Shown: positions 51,188 through 59,793 of the stretch, one piece after another | How the letters are laid out: every line of letters begins with the position of its first letter | Position numbering within the stretch: the first letter of the stretch is position 1 | Sequence record: SRR20825019_212 | Reading direction: 5' to 3' (one strand) | DNA length: 64,000 nucleotides | Position numbers and translations under genes: made by a program | Notes under the pieces: model-generated | Seen by the model: only the letters and a program-made list of their open reading frames with translations | What the model was told of the DNA's origin: nothing | Database searches by the model: none

Positions 51188-52366
51188 ATGAGCAACGTAA
51201 AACACATAAATATCTTTCAATCCCTTTACGAACGGGGGAGTTTGCCCATGGAATTTGCCCATTCAAAAATAATGGACAATTCTTTGCTGTTTGATGAATA
51301 TTCATGGGTAAGACAGGAAAAATATGCTTTTTCGTGTCGTTTAATTCCGTCCTATTTTATCATTGATCAAGCGAAATCTTCATACAATATCAAGACCGTT
51401 GACCAACATAATTGGGGGTACTCCATTGATCTCTCCAATTGCTCCTCCATTGACGACTACCTATCTTCCCAGTTCAAGTCGAAACCAAGGAGTATCATTC
51501 GACGTTATGTCAACAGACTGGAAGCTTGTTTTCCCATATCATACAAGCTGTACCATGGGGAACTTGAAAAGGAGATTTACAACGCTGTTTTTGATGCTCT
51601 ACGAGATATGATCAAGAAACGGTTTCAAGAACGCGAAGAAACCCATAAAGAAATGTGGAGATGGGAGGCGCTAAAACAAAACACCTATCAACAAATCTTA
51701 AACAAACAGGCCTCATTATTTGTGATTTACGATGAATCCAAACCCATAGAGATATCTTTAAATTATCATTTGGGTCCGGTTCTTTTCAGTTCGGTATCGT
51801 CATACGACCTTGACTACGGAAAGTTCGGCCTTGGTCATGTAGAAATCTACAAACAGCTGGAGTGGTGCCTATCCAATGGATATAAATTATTTGAAATGGG
51901 TGTCGGCGGAATGGATTACAAAAGAAAATGGAGCAACCATATCTACCAGTTTTCTCATTGGATAATCACCCCAAAAGAGAATTTGTTCCTAGGGTTGGTC
52001 AGTAAGATTGAACTCTGGAAGGTTCGTCTAAAGGAATATCTAAAATCAAAAAAAGTGAACGAACTCCGTGATAGGGTTATTGAACTCATCAATTTTGGTA
52101 AAACCAAGAAAATAGTTTTGGATGAAGTTGATTTTTCAACTGAAGCGGTCAATGGTCATATCAACCTTCAAATGCTAATGCTGTTAACTCCCAAGGAGGT
52201 GGAACAGATAGAAGGGCTTAGAAAAGCTATCAATGATTTTCTCTATACCAATACACTGGCCTATTCAAAAATAAAAGTATATAAGGACAATAGTAATTCT
52301 AGATGCTTTTTGATAGGGTATAATTACAAGGGAAAAGACCAATTCACCAAAATAACACACAAATAA
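51188..52366 (+). CDS. GNAT/Fem-like protein, array member 7
   Basis: RLIPSY, KRFQER, YDLDYGKFGLG, EMGVGGMDYKRKW. Confidence 0.78.
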   Translation: MSNVKHINIFQSLYERGSLPMEFAHSKIMDNSLLFDEYSWVRQEKYAFSCRLIPSYFIIDQAKSSYNIKTVDQHNWGYSIDLSNCSSIDDYLSSQFKSKPRSIIRRYVNRLEACFPISYKLYHGELEKEIYNAVFDALRDMIKKRFQEREETHKEMWRWEALKQNTYQQILNKQASLFVIYDESKPIEISLNYHLGPVLFSSVSSYDLDYGKFGLGHVEIYKQLEWCLSNGYKLFEMGVGGMDYKRKWSNHIYQFSHWIITPKENLFLGLVSKIELWKVRLKEYLKSKKVNELRDRVIELINFGKTKKIVLDEVDFSTEAVNGHINLQMLMLLTPKEVEQIEGLRKAINDFLYTNTLAYSKIKVYKDNSNSRCFLIGYNYKGKDQFTKITHK

Positions 52367-52686
52367 AATTAAACAAACCACTATTGGTTAGGTTAATTAG
52401 GAACATAATAAATAAATTATGTCGTCTAATTTGAGCATTATATCATAAAAATATCCCTATTGATAATTTCTCTTTTTATTTTTAAACCATATAGACAAAT
52501 AAAAGAATTAGACTGGCTTAATTAAAAGCCTATCCATAAAAAAAGATGACAATATACTCCCCCAAATTGTCTTTTCCTGAACTTATTTATTATGATAAAT
52601 CATTTTATACTTATTGATATGGTACGGACCAAATCATGGAGCTTTACCCGATTGGTAAATAACATTGTGAAACAGGGATAAGGCTT

Positions 52687-53787
52687 ATGGACAAAAATGA
52701 TCTACAAGTAGTTCTTTTGACCAAAAAAGAACTGCTGAAATATCTTGAATCACCACACGAACAACGTAAATATCCACTGCCCTTTTCCCAGAACAAGGCA
52801 CAATGGTTGTTGGATAAACCGGAGCTTGATGAGAACGACTGTTTGGCCGTAATGGCCGTGTCTGGAGGAAAACTACTTAGTTTTGCCCACTTGGTACCGG
52901 ATTTTCTGTCTTCTCCCGACCAAGATACCGGAACTAAGATATACTGGATAGTGCAATGGTGGGCGGCACCTTCTGCCAAAAGTACTGTTATCTCCACCTA
53001 TGTTTTTAGTGAAGCCCTACGGTTGAGCAACAACATGGTATTGACCAAGGCCTATGAAGAAAACGCCGATACCTTTTATAAAAAACAACCTTTTTCTGTC
53101 ATCGGAACCATGGAGCGGCACACCATTTTTATAGGGGTGGCCAAGGACATGGTAAACCAAAAGCTACGTTTGCCCAAATGGTTAAGCCCCATAACTCGCT
53201 GGGTCGAATCCATTTCAATGAAATACTATAATGCCATCAATAGTTCCCGGATCTATACTTTGACAAAGGATTTAGACCTCAGGTATATGAACCAATTGGA
53301 TGTAGAGGCTTGGAATTTTATCGAGCCTTACCTCCAAAGTGATTTGGTTGCAAAAAATTTGGCACAAATCAATTGGCAATTAGACCCTAGACAGTATGTA
53401 TCAAAACCATGGAACCATGGTAAAATGGATGATTCAAAAATCAGGGGATTTGCCGAGAGAATAGGTATTGTCAATTTTCTAGTGTACCGCGATGGGAAGG
53501 CAATCGGTTTTGCTTCCTTCCACTACATACACAGTACGGCCTATATGAAATATTGTATTGCCAACGATGCCGATATGCCAGGAGTATGTGCCTGTTTATA
53601 TAAGAACCTATACGAATTGAACATTTCCTATATGTTCACGGACAATCAAACTTTGGCAGAACATTTCACCAAGACGTTGTCCGTTTTTTATCATTATCGT
53701 CAAACCAAAAAATCCATGGCACATAATGCCTTGCACAAAGAACTGCAGGTATCGCAATTGGCCGAACAGGATGGACACTTTATATAA
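52687..53787 (+). CDS. Hypothetical protein, possibly a divergent GNAT-fold acyltransferase
   Basis: 366-aa soluble ORF directly before the adenylation enzyme; GNAT-like strands (AVSGGKLLSFA, YWIVQWWAAP, VYRDGKAIGFA). Confidence 0.5.
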   Translation: MDKNDLQVVLLTKKELLKYLESPHEQRKYPLPFSQNKAQWLLDKPELDENDCLAVMAVSGGKLLSFAHLVPDFLSSPDQDTGTKIYWIVQWWAAPSAKSTVISTYVFSEALRLSNNMVLTKAYEENADTFYKKQPFSVIGTMERHTIFIGVAKDMVNQKLRLPKWLSPITRWVESISMKYYNAINSSRIYTLTKDLDLRYMNQLDVEAWNFIEPYLQSDLVAKNLAQINWQLDPRQYVSKPWNHGKMDDSKIRGFAERIGIVNFLVYRDGKAIGFASFHYIHSTAYMKYCIANDADMPGVCACLYKNLYELNISYMFTDNQTLAEHFTKTLSVFYHYRQTKKSMAHNALHKELQVSQLAEQDGHFI

Positions 53788-53796
53788 CCCTGCAAC

Positions 53797-55293
53797 ATGA
53801 AATTTCTCGAGACCCTTCAAAATTCCATTAAGGTACACAGTGACCGAAATGCTTTTTTTATCAACGGAAATCATTACACCTATCAGGAATTGGGCACAGC
53901 CGTAAATGCGATCAGGGTGGCCATACAAAAAGAAATTCCAATATCCGAAAAGTATGTGGGCCTTATCACCAATGATGACCTGGAGACCTATGCAGCGATC
54001 ATTGCGCTTTGGTTCGAGGGGAAGGCCTATGTTGCTATCAATCCTATTTATCCTAGATCAAGAAACGAAGAGATACTTGCACAGACCAATTCAGTGTTTG
54101 TAATGGACTCTTCACCATCACCTTATTTTGGAAAGGGATTTAAAGTGATAGCTACCCATAGTTTGGATATGGTCAATAACATTCACCACTCTCCTCCTAA
54201 GAAAGTGGAACAAAATGATATTGCCTACGTCATCTTTACATCGGGAAGTACGGGCATACCTAAAGGGGCTCCGGTCAGTTTCAAGAACCTGAACGGTTTC
54301 GCAAATGCGATTGACAATAACCTCTCCTTCTCGCTGTCCGAGACAGACCGTTGCCTGCAAATGTTCGAATTGACCTTTGACATGTCCGTGGTATCCTACC
54401 TTGCCCCTTTGTTAAAAGGAGCTTGTGTATATACGGTGCCAAAGGATAGCATCAAGTACTTTCAGATCATAAAATTGTTATCGGAGCACCAACTTACCCT
54501 CTTGATCATGGTCCCCTCCATTATTCATTTCCTAAGACCCTATTTCAAAGAAATTCGAAGTGAGAGTGTAAGATATTCCTGTTTTGCAGGGGGTAAACTC
54601 TATGGTGATATAGGCAAGGAGTGGAACGCCTGTATTCCAAATGCCCAGATTATTAACTATTATGGCCCTACCGAGACCACCATATATTGTGGGGGCTATC
54701 TGTTTGACAAAGAAGGAAACAACAAAGAGGAAAACGGAGTAGTGTCCATAGGCAAACCTTTTGACAATACCACCTATTTGGTCATTGATGAAAACAATAA
54801 TGAAGTAGAGTATGGACAAACGGGAGAATTATGTATCGCGGGAGAGCAATTATTCCCTGGATATATACAAAACGAAGAAAGGAACAAGCTCGTTTTTTTT
54901 GAAAAACAGCATAATGATAAAACACTATTATTCTACAAATCAGGGGATATGTGCTATCGCGACCAAGATGGGGACTACATGTACGTGGGACGGGCCGACT
55001 TTCAGGTTAAAATAAGGGGGTTCCGTGTGGAACTGGGAGAAATTGAATACCACGTAAAGAAAAAATTACCGGGCTTGGATATCACGGTAATCGATTTGGA
55101 TGATGGAAACGGGAATACCGAACTCGGGCTGGCCGTTTGTTCAAGAGAACTGGATCTGAAACCTACGCTTTCCTATTTGAAAGACAACTTGCCACCATAT
55201 ATGATCCCAACAAGGTTCCTATTTATAGACAAATTGCCCCATAGTGTCAACGATAAAATTGATATGAAGAAACTTAGAACACTTTTTAAATAA
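53797..55293 (+). CDS. Stand-alone amino-acid adenylation enzyme (DltA-like)
   Basis: A3 YVIFTSGSTGIPKG, A4 FELTFDMSV, A5 NYYGPTE, A6 GELCIAG, A7 YKSGD, A8 GRADFQVKIRGFRVELGEIE, A9 LPPYMIP, A10 NDKID. Confidence 0.9.
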   Translation: MKFLETLQNSIKVHSDRNAFFINGNHYTYQELGTAVNAIRVAIQKEIPISEKYVGLITNDDLETYAAIIALWFEGKAYVAINPIYPRSRNEEILAQTNSVFVMDSSPSPYFGKGFKVIATHSLDMVNNIHHSPPKKVEQNDIAYVIFTSGSTGIPKGAPVSFKNLNGFANAIDNNLSFSLSETDRCLQMFELTFDMSVVSYLAPLLKGACVYTVPKDSIKYFQIIKLLSEHQLTLLIMVPSIIHFLRPYFKEIRSESVRYSCFAGGKLYGDIGKEWNACIPNAQIINYYGPTETTIYCGGYLFDKEGNNKEENGVVSIGKPFDNTTYLVIDENNNEVEYGQTGELCIAGEQLFPGYIQNEERNKLVFFEKQHNDKTLLFYKSGDMCYRDQDGDYMYVGRADFQVKIRGFRVELGEIEYHVKKKLPGLDITVIDLDDGNGNTELGLAVCSRELDLKPTLSYLKDNLPPYMIPTRFLFIDKLPHSVNDKIDMKKLRTLFK

Positions 55294-55306
55294 AATAGAA
55301 CATAAA

Positions 55307-55552
55307 ATGACGAACGACGAAAAGATACTGGCTGAACTAAAAGAAATATTCATAGAGACCCTTGGTCATGATAATTTTGAGCTCGATGGCAACACCACGG
55401 CCAATGATGTGGACGGTTGGGATTCCGTGACACATATGATGCTCATCAATGAGGTCGAGAAGAAATATGACATGAAGTTCTCTTTAATGGACCTGATGAG
55501 CCTAGAAAAAGTAGCAGATCTGGTGAAGGCTATAGAACAAAGGCAATCCTAA
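55307..55552 (+). CDS. Acyl/aminoacyl carrier protein (DltC-like)
   Basis: 81 aa, acidic; phosphopantetheine site GWDSVTHM. Confidence 0.88.
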   Translation: MTNDEKILAELKEIFIETLGHDNFELDGNTTANDVDGWDSVTHMMLINEVEKKYDMKFSLMDLMSLEKVADLVKAIEQRQS

Positions 55553-55560
55553 ATCCCCAA

Positions 55561-56520
55561 CTAGTTGGCAACACCGACACTTTTTAGGTCTTGGACAAGT
55601 AGTTCCGCAATCAAGGTGCGCCCATAATTATTCCAATGCCGATCGTATACCAAAGTGGTATTTCGATTGGCATTGTTGAGCTTTTCTCCAAAATCGATAT
55701 AATCAAAACCATTGGTGTCCAAATAGTCTAAAAACAGTTTTGGCGTAGTGGACACATCCATCAGCAGAACGGTTTTGTCCTTATCATATCCGTACAGGGC
55801 CACTAAATTCTTAAAGTTTTCAAGGAACGTTTGATCTTTTGATTCCGTCTTCTGCTGTGTTACCGATTTTGGCCTATTTCCACCTTGCGCCAATACTCTG
55901 GCATCATTGATCATATTCTTCATAGGCGTCAGTGCCCCTATTTCCGAGAGGTACACCAAAAACTTACTTTTTTTCAGGATTTTGTTCAAAGGCGACTCCA
56001 AGCTCAACCTTTCGTTCTGTACATAGTACTCTCTCCTATTGAGATCGTTGGAGAATTTCATTTTGATATAGATACGGTCAATAAGCTCAAAGTCCTCCCG
56101 ATAAGCATGGATCAAATGCATCTGGTCTGCCATATCATAACCGGCATAACCATATTCAAACACTTTTATTGTTTCCCCTAGTTCCAGTTCCATTTTTCTT
56201 CCTATGGAAGATTTATAGGGTTGATGAAATCCTTCGATAAAGGAATCCCCCACCAAGGCAACCTCATAGCCCTCTTTGGTGGGTTCAAACTCTTGATAGG
56301 AATTAAAGCCTGAACTGTTTATATTATATCTTACAAAGTTTTGGTTTCTATTACCGGTAACAGAATATCCTTCTTGGTTGGGCTTCCATTTTTCCACTTT
56401 GTTTTCGTCCACAAAACGGGACGGCTTATCCTCTCCCAAATAAAATATCCTGACTAAGACCTCCAAGGAAATCAGAATGAGAAAAGCGTAAACTCCTAAT
56501 TTGATGACTAACTTTTTCAT
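55561..56520 (-). CDS. Membrane-anchored SGNH-like (AlgJ/AlgX-type) acyltransferase partner
   Basis: N-terminal TM (LEVLVR), VGDSFIEG, C-terminal YDRHWN (D-x-H); directly after MBOAT copy 2. Confidence 0.7.
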   Translation of the reverse strand: MKKLVIKLGVYAFLILISLEVLVRIFYLGEDKPSRFVDENKVEKWKPNQEGYSVTGNRNQNFVRYNINSSGFNSYQEFEPTKEGYEVALVGDSFIEGFHQPYKSSIGRKMELELGETIKVFEYGYAGYDMADQMHLIHAYREDFELIDRIYIKMKFSNDLNRREYYVQNERLSLESPLNKILKKSKFLVYLSEIGALTPMKNMINDARVLAQGGNRPKSVTQQKTESKDQTFLENFKNLVALYGYDKDKTVLLMDVSTTPKLFLDYLDTNGFDYIDFGEKLNNANRNTTLVYDRHWNNYGRTLIAELLVQDLKSVGVAN

Positions 56521-56522
56521 GG

Positions 56523-57977
56523 TTAAAACTGAAAATATATGAACGATCTATCAAAACCACTGTCATAGAACAGTAGCATGGTAAAAATCACCAAAGTATA
56601 CGCAAAAAAACGAACAGCCTTGGACTTGAACTGGAACGGATTCCGTTCATCCCTTCGAATCCGATATTCATAAAGCACAAATACGGCCAAAAGGATAAAG
56701 TAATCCAACATACGATACCCATTGGGATGCTCATAGGGAGCATAACTAAAATCACTGAATATCCTCCCAATAAAATTAAAGGAATCTGTCAAGGATTCGG
56801 ATCTAAAGAAGATACGGGAAAAGGTGACGATTCCAAAAGTAAGTACCAATTGGCCCAATTCTGTCAAAGAAGGAAAAAGGGAGTTCTCCCCTACTACATT
56901 ATCCTTGTAAATGGTATTCCTTCCCATCAAAAAAACCGGGATATAAGCCAAGGCATGAAAACCTCCCCAAAATATAAAGGTCCAATTGGCCCCGTGCCAA
57001 AATCCGCTCACCAAAAATATGATACAGATATTTCGTATTGCCCTTCCCTGACTAACGCGCGACCCTCCCAACGGGATATAAACATAGTGCCTAAACCAAG
57101 TGGATAACGATATGTGCCACCTTTGCCAATACTCGGCTACATTTCTTGAAAAGTTAGGGAACTTGAAATTGGACATCAATTCCACGCCGAACAATTTGGC
57201 CGTACCAATGGCTATATCGGAATATCCGCTAAAATCCCCGTAAACCTGAAAACTGAACAGCGTTACACCCAGAATCAATGTGGATGCAGGATAGGTTTCA
57301 TGGTTCAAGAAAATATCATCCACAATCGGTGCTATACCATCCGCTATCACCAACTTTTTAAAAAGTCCCCAAAGAATGAGTTTGAGCCCACTTACTATTT
57401 GATCGTAGTTAAACGTTCTTTTATTCGTAATTTGATGTAATAAATTGGAAGCCCGCTCGATGGGACCGGCCACCAACTGCGGAAAGAACGCTACAAAGGT
57501 TGCGAAGGACAGAAAATCGTGGCAAGGCTTTATTCTTTTGTAATAAATATCCATGGAGTAGGACATCGTTTGGAAGGTATAGAAGGAAATCCCAACTGGC
57601 AATATAATCTTGAGTGTCCAAGTACTTTTGATGGAATATCCCATAACCTCAAATAGATCTATAAAGGAATCCACAAAAAAATTATAGTACTTAAAAAAAC
57701 CGAGCAAGGATATATTGAATATGACACTTACCCATAACCACAATTTCTGCTTTGGCCTATCGCCCTCGTTCCTGTGGATCATAATGCCCACAAAATAATC
57801 TACGACCGTACTGGCAATTATAAGAAACAAAAACCTCCAGTCCCAGAGCCCATAAAAGAAATAACTCCCAACAAGAACAAGTACGTTTTGAAGTCTTAAT
57901 CCCTTACCAAGAACGAACCAGTACAAAAGGAACATTATCGGCAGAAAAATAAAATACTCAAGGGAGTTGAACAACAT
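56523..57977 (-). CDS. MBOAT O-acyltransferase (AlgI/DltB-like), copy 2
   Basis: MLFNS, LPVGISFYTFQ, FFPQLVAGPIERA, WQRWHISL, GFWHGA, C-terminal FIYFQF. Confidence 0.92.
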   Translation of the reverse strand: MLFNSLEYFIFLPIMFLLYWFVLGKGLRLQNVLVLVGSYFFYGLWDWRFLFLIIASTVVDYFVGIMIHRNEGDRPKQKLWLWVSVIFNISLLGFFKYYNFFVDSFIDLFEVMGYSIKSTWTLKIILPVGISFYTFQTMSYSMDIYYKRIKPCHDFLSFATFVAFFPQLVAGPIERASNLLHQITNKRTFNYDQIVSGLKLILWGLFKKLVIADGIAPIVDDIFLNHETYPASTLILGVTLFSFQVYGDFSGYSDIAIGTAKLFGVELMSNFKFPNFSRNVAEYWQRWHISLSTWFRHYVYIPLGGSRVSQGRAIRNICIIFLVSGFWHGANWTFIFWGGFHALAYIPVFLMGRNTIYKDNVVGENSLFPSLTELGQLVLTFGIVTFSRIFFRSESLTDSFNFIGRIFSDFSYAPYEHPNGYRMLDYFILLAVFVLYEYRIRRDERNPFQFKSKAVRFFAYTLVIFTMLLFYDSGFDRSFIYFQF

Positions 57978-58008
57978 AATATCTTCTTTCCTTTATTATG
58001 ATGGCTCT

Positions 58009-59178
58009 TTAAAATTCAATGATCAAAAACTCGGACCTCCGGTTTTTTGAATGCTTTTCCTCGGTACAATAAACCCCATCAGTACACTCGTTGACCAATT
58101 GTGTTTCCCCATAGGCTTCATATACAATCCTGTCCTTTGAGATTCCTTTGGACACCACATAATCAACTGTTCTTTGCGCCCTACGCTCGGATAACCATTG
58201 ATTATATTTTTCCGTACCCCTGGAGTCCGTATGGGCGGTAACTTTAATATTTAAATTAGGTTCTTCTTCCATAATATTGACCAATTTGTCCAATAGCTCC
58301 TTATCATCTGTAGTCAAATATGATGAATTGAATTTGAAATATACGTTCCCCAATTGGTGCAATCTTGTCTGTAACGCATTTCTCTCGGCCTCTTTTGCTT
58401 CCTTCTTCGCTTTTTCGGCAGCTGCCAGTTCGGCCGCTTCTTTTTCTTTTTGCAATTGCTCTGCAAGCAAACGAGCTTTTTCATCAGCTCTTGCAATGGA
58501 ATCTTGTACTCGCTTTTGCTCCTTTTCCATTTCTTGTAAAAGCGCCAGTTTTTCTTGACCTTTTCGGGAAAGCCCTTTCTCTACTTTGAACCTGTAAGCA
58601 ACAGCAATGGCATGTTGGATATGATTGGTGACGTTCTCCGTGTCCATAGCCCATTTTCCTGTTGTATTAAAATCCAATCCCCAATGATCCGAAAACCAAG
58701 TTTTAAAACCGAGCACGCCATTATAGGTTCCCCTGCCCTGATTATTCGCGTCGGTATATCCTGCACCGATACCAATATAGGGATCAAAAAAACCGGTATG
58801 TCCCAATATTTTGTTCAGGTCATAGCTTACCCTAAAGTCAAAGCCCCAATAATCTATATCATCCGTTAAGGTGAGTTCGTCAACAACTTTACCTTCTTTG
58901 TATCGGTTATGAGATCCAATAGCCTCCAACCCAACACCATTCTTGAAATAACGCCCTATACTAACCCTCGATGGATAAGGAGCAATATTCCAACCAGAGC
59001 GAACATCAAAAAGTTCACGGAATTCGTCTCCGGAGTCATCAACGGCATTGGTTCCAAGCGAAACCATCCAATAACTCTGAACAATACTGTCCTTTTTTGT
59101 GAGTTCCATATCTTGAGCAACTCCAAGAGTAAAACAAGCCAATGCCATCACTATAATGGTAGGACGTAGAATGTGCAT
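58009..59178 (-). CDS. OmpA family outer-membrane protein
   Basis: Signal peptide, beta-barrel-like N-terminus, charged helical linker, OmpA_C motifs AHTDSRG, YNQWLSERRA, YGE, NRRSEF. Confidence 0.88.
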   Translation of the reverse strand: MHILRPTIIVMALACFTLGVAQDMELTKKDSIVQSYWMVSLGTNAVDDSGDEFRELFDVRSGWNIAPYPSRVSIGRYFKNGVGLEAIGSHNRYKEGKVVDELTLTDDIDYWGFDFRVSYDLNKILGHTGFFDPYIGIGAGYTDANNQGRGTYNGVLGFKTWFSDHWGLDFNTTGKWAMDTENVTNHIQHAIAVAYRFKVEKGLSRKGQEKLALLQEMEKEQKRVQDSIARADEKARLLAEQLQKEKEAAELAAAEKAKKEAKEAERNALQTRLHQLGNVYFKFNSSYLTTDDKELLDKLVNIMEEEPNLNIKVTAHTDSRGTEKYNQWLSERRAQRTVDYVVSKGISKDRIVYEAYGETQLVNECTDGVYCTEEKHSKNRRSEFLIIEF

Positions 59179-59292
59179 TCTTAATGATTTGAGGTTTATG
59201 CTTTCAAAGCTATGCCAAGCGTTCCAATCTGGGAACTTTGCCCTTTCAAGTGCGTTATTTATCGATAAGAAGTAGGAATAATTTTGAAAAGA

Positions 59293-59793
59293 CTATTCCT
59301 CAATCTTTTGGAAAACCACGGTTTTATCGACCAATGGCATTTTGTAGAGATAAAATGGGAAGTATATGGGTTGTATAGACATTTCTTCTTCGGAAACGTT
59401 ATGCACCTCTATAGCTATCAACATTTCTTGGTCCGTTTCCTTTAATTTGGATAAAACCGTTGTTTTTTCCCCGTGTTGCTCACCTAAACAAACCAAAATC
59501 AACATTTCCTTGGAAAAGTCGACCATCGGCACCGACAATCGAGGTTTACGTGTTTTGTTGATTTGCTTATAAAATTTGCCCAATGTTTTCGTATCCCTGA
59601 TTACACGGGTTCCAAAAGAATCAATATTGGTAAAGTTTTGATGCTCGATCAATGTCAAACCATCAATATGCTCGCCAACGGTGGAGCTTTCAGGCTTTTG
59701 AGCCTTGCAGGAAAGTAAGCAAATCGACGCTATGAGAAAAAAGTATTTGATATTAAAATGTGTTTTTAAAACGTGATTTAAATGCCTTTTCAT
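59293..59793 (-). CDS. Lipoprotein, possibly PrcB C-terminal-like; start uncertain
   Basis: Lipobox LLSC; VDFSKEMLILVCLGE pattern; the upstream in-frame ATGs overlap the bshA 3' end. Confidence 0.55.
   Translation of the reverse strand: MKRHLNHVLKTHFNIKYFFLIASICLLSCKAQKPESSTVGEHIDGLTLIEHQNFTNIDSFGTRVIRDTKTLGKFYKQINKTRKPRLSVPMVDFSKEMLILVCLGEQHGEKTTVLSKLKETDQEMLIAIEVHNVSEEEMSIQPIYFPFYLYKMPLVDKTVVFQKIEE

Noticed and set aside
44623-52366. GNAT array as toxin-antitoxin or anti-phage genes
   Set aside because: The proteins are 315-398 aa Fem/Acetyltransf_6-like, have no small antitoxin partners, and are embedded among glycan acylation genes.
52367-52686. 320-bp AT-rich gap as a possible ncRNA or CRISPR remnant
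   Set aside because: No repeat-spacer pattern, stable hairpin or terminator seen; most likely a promoter region. No CRISPR array or IS element was seen anywhere in the window.
53797-55552. NRPS secondary-metabolite cluster
   Set aside because: No condensation, thioesterase or ketosynthase domains; the MBOAT/SGNH context fits Dlt-like polymer acylation better.
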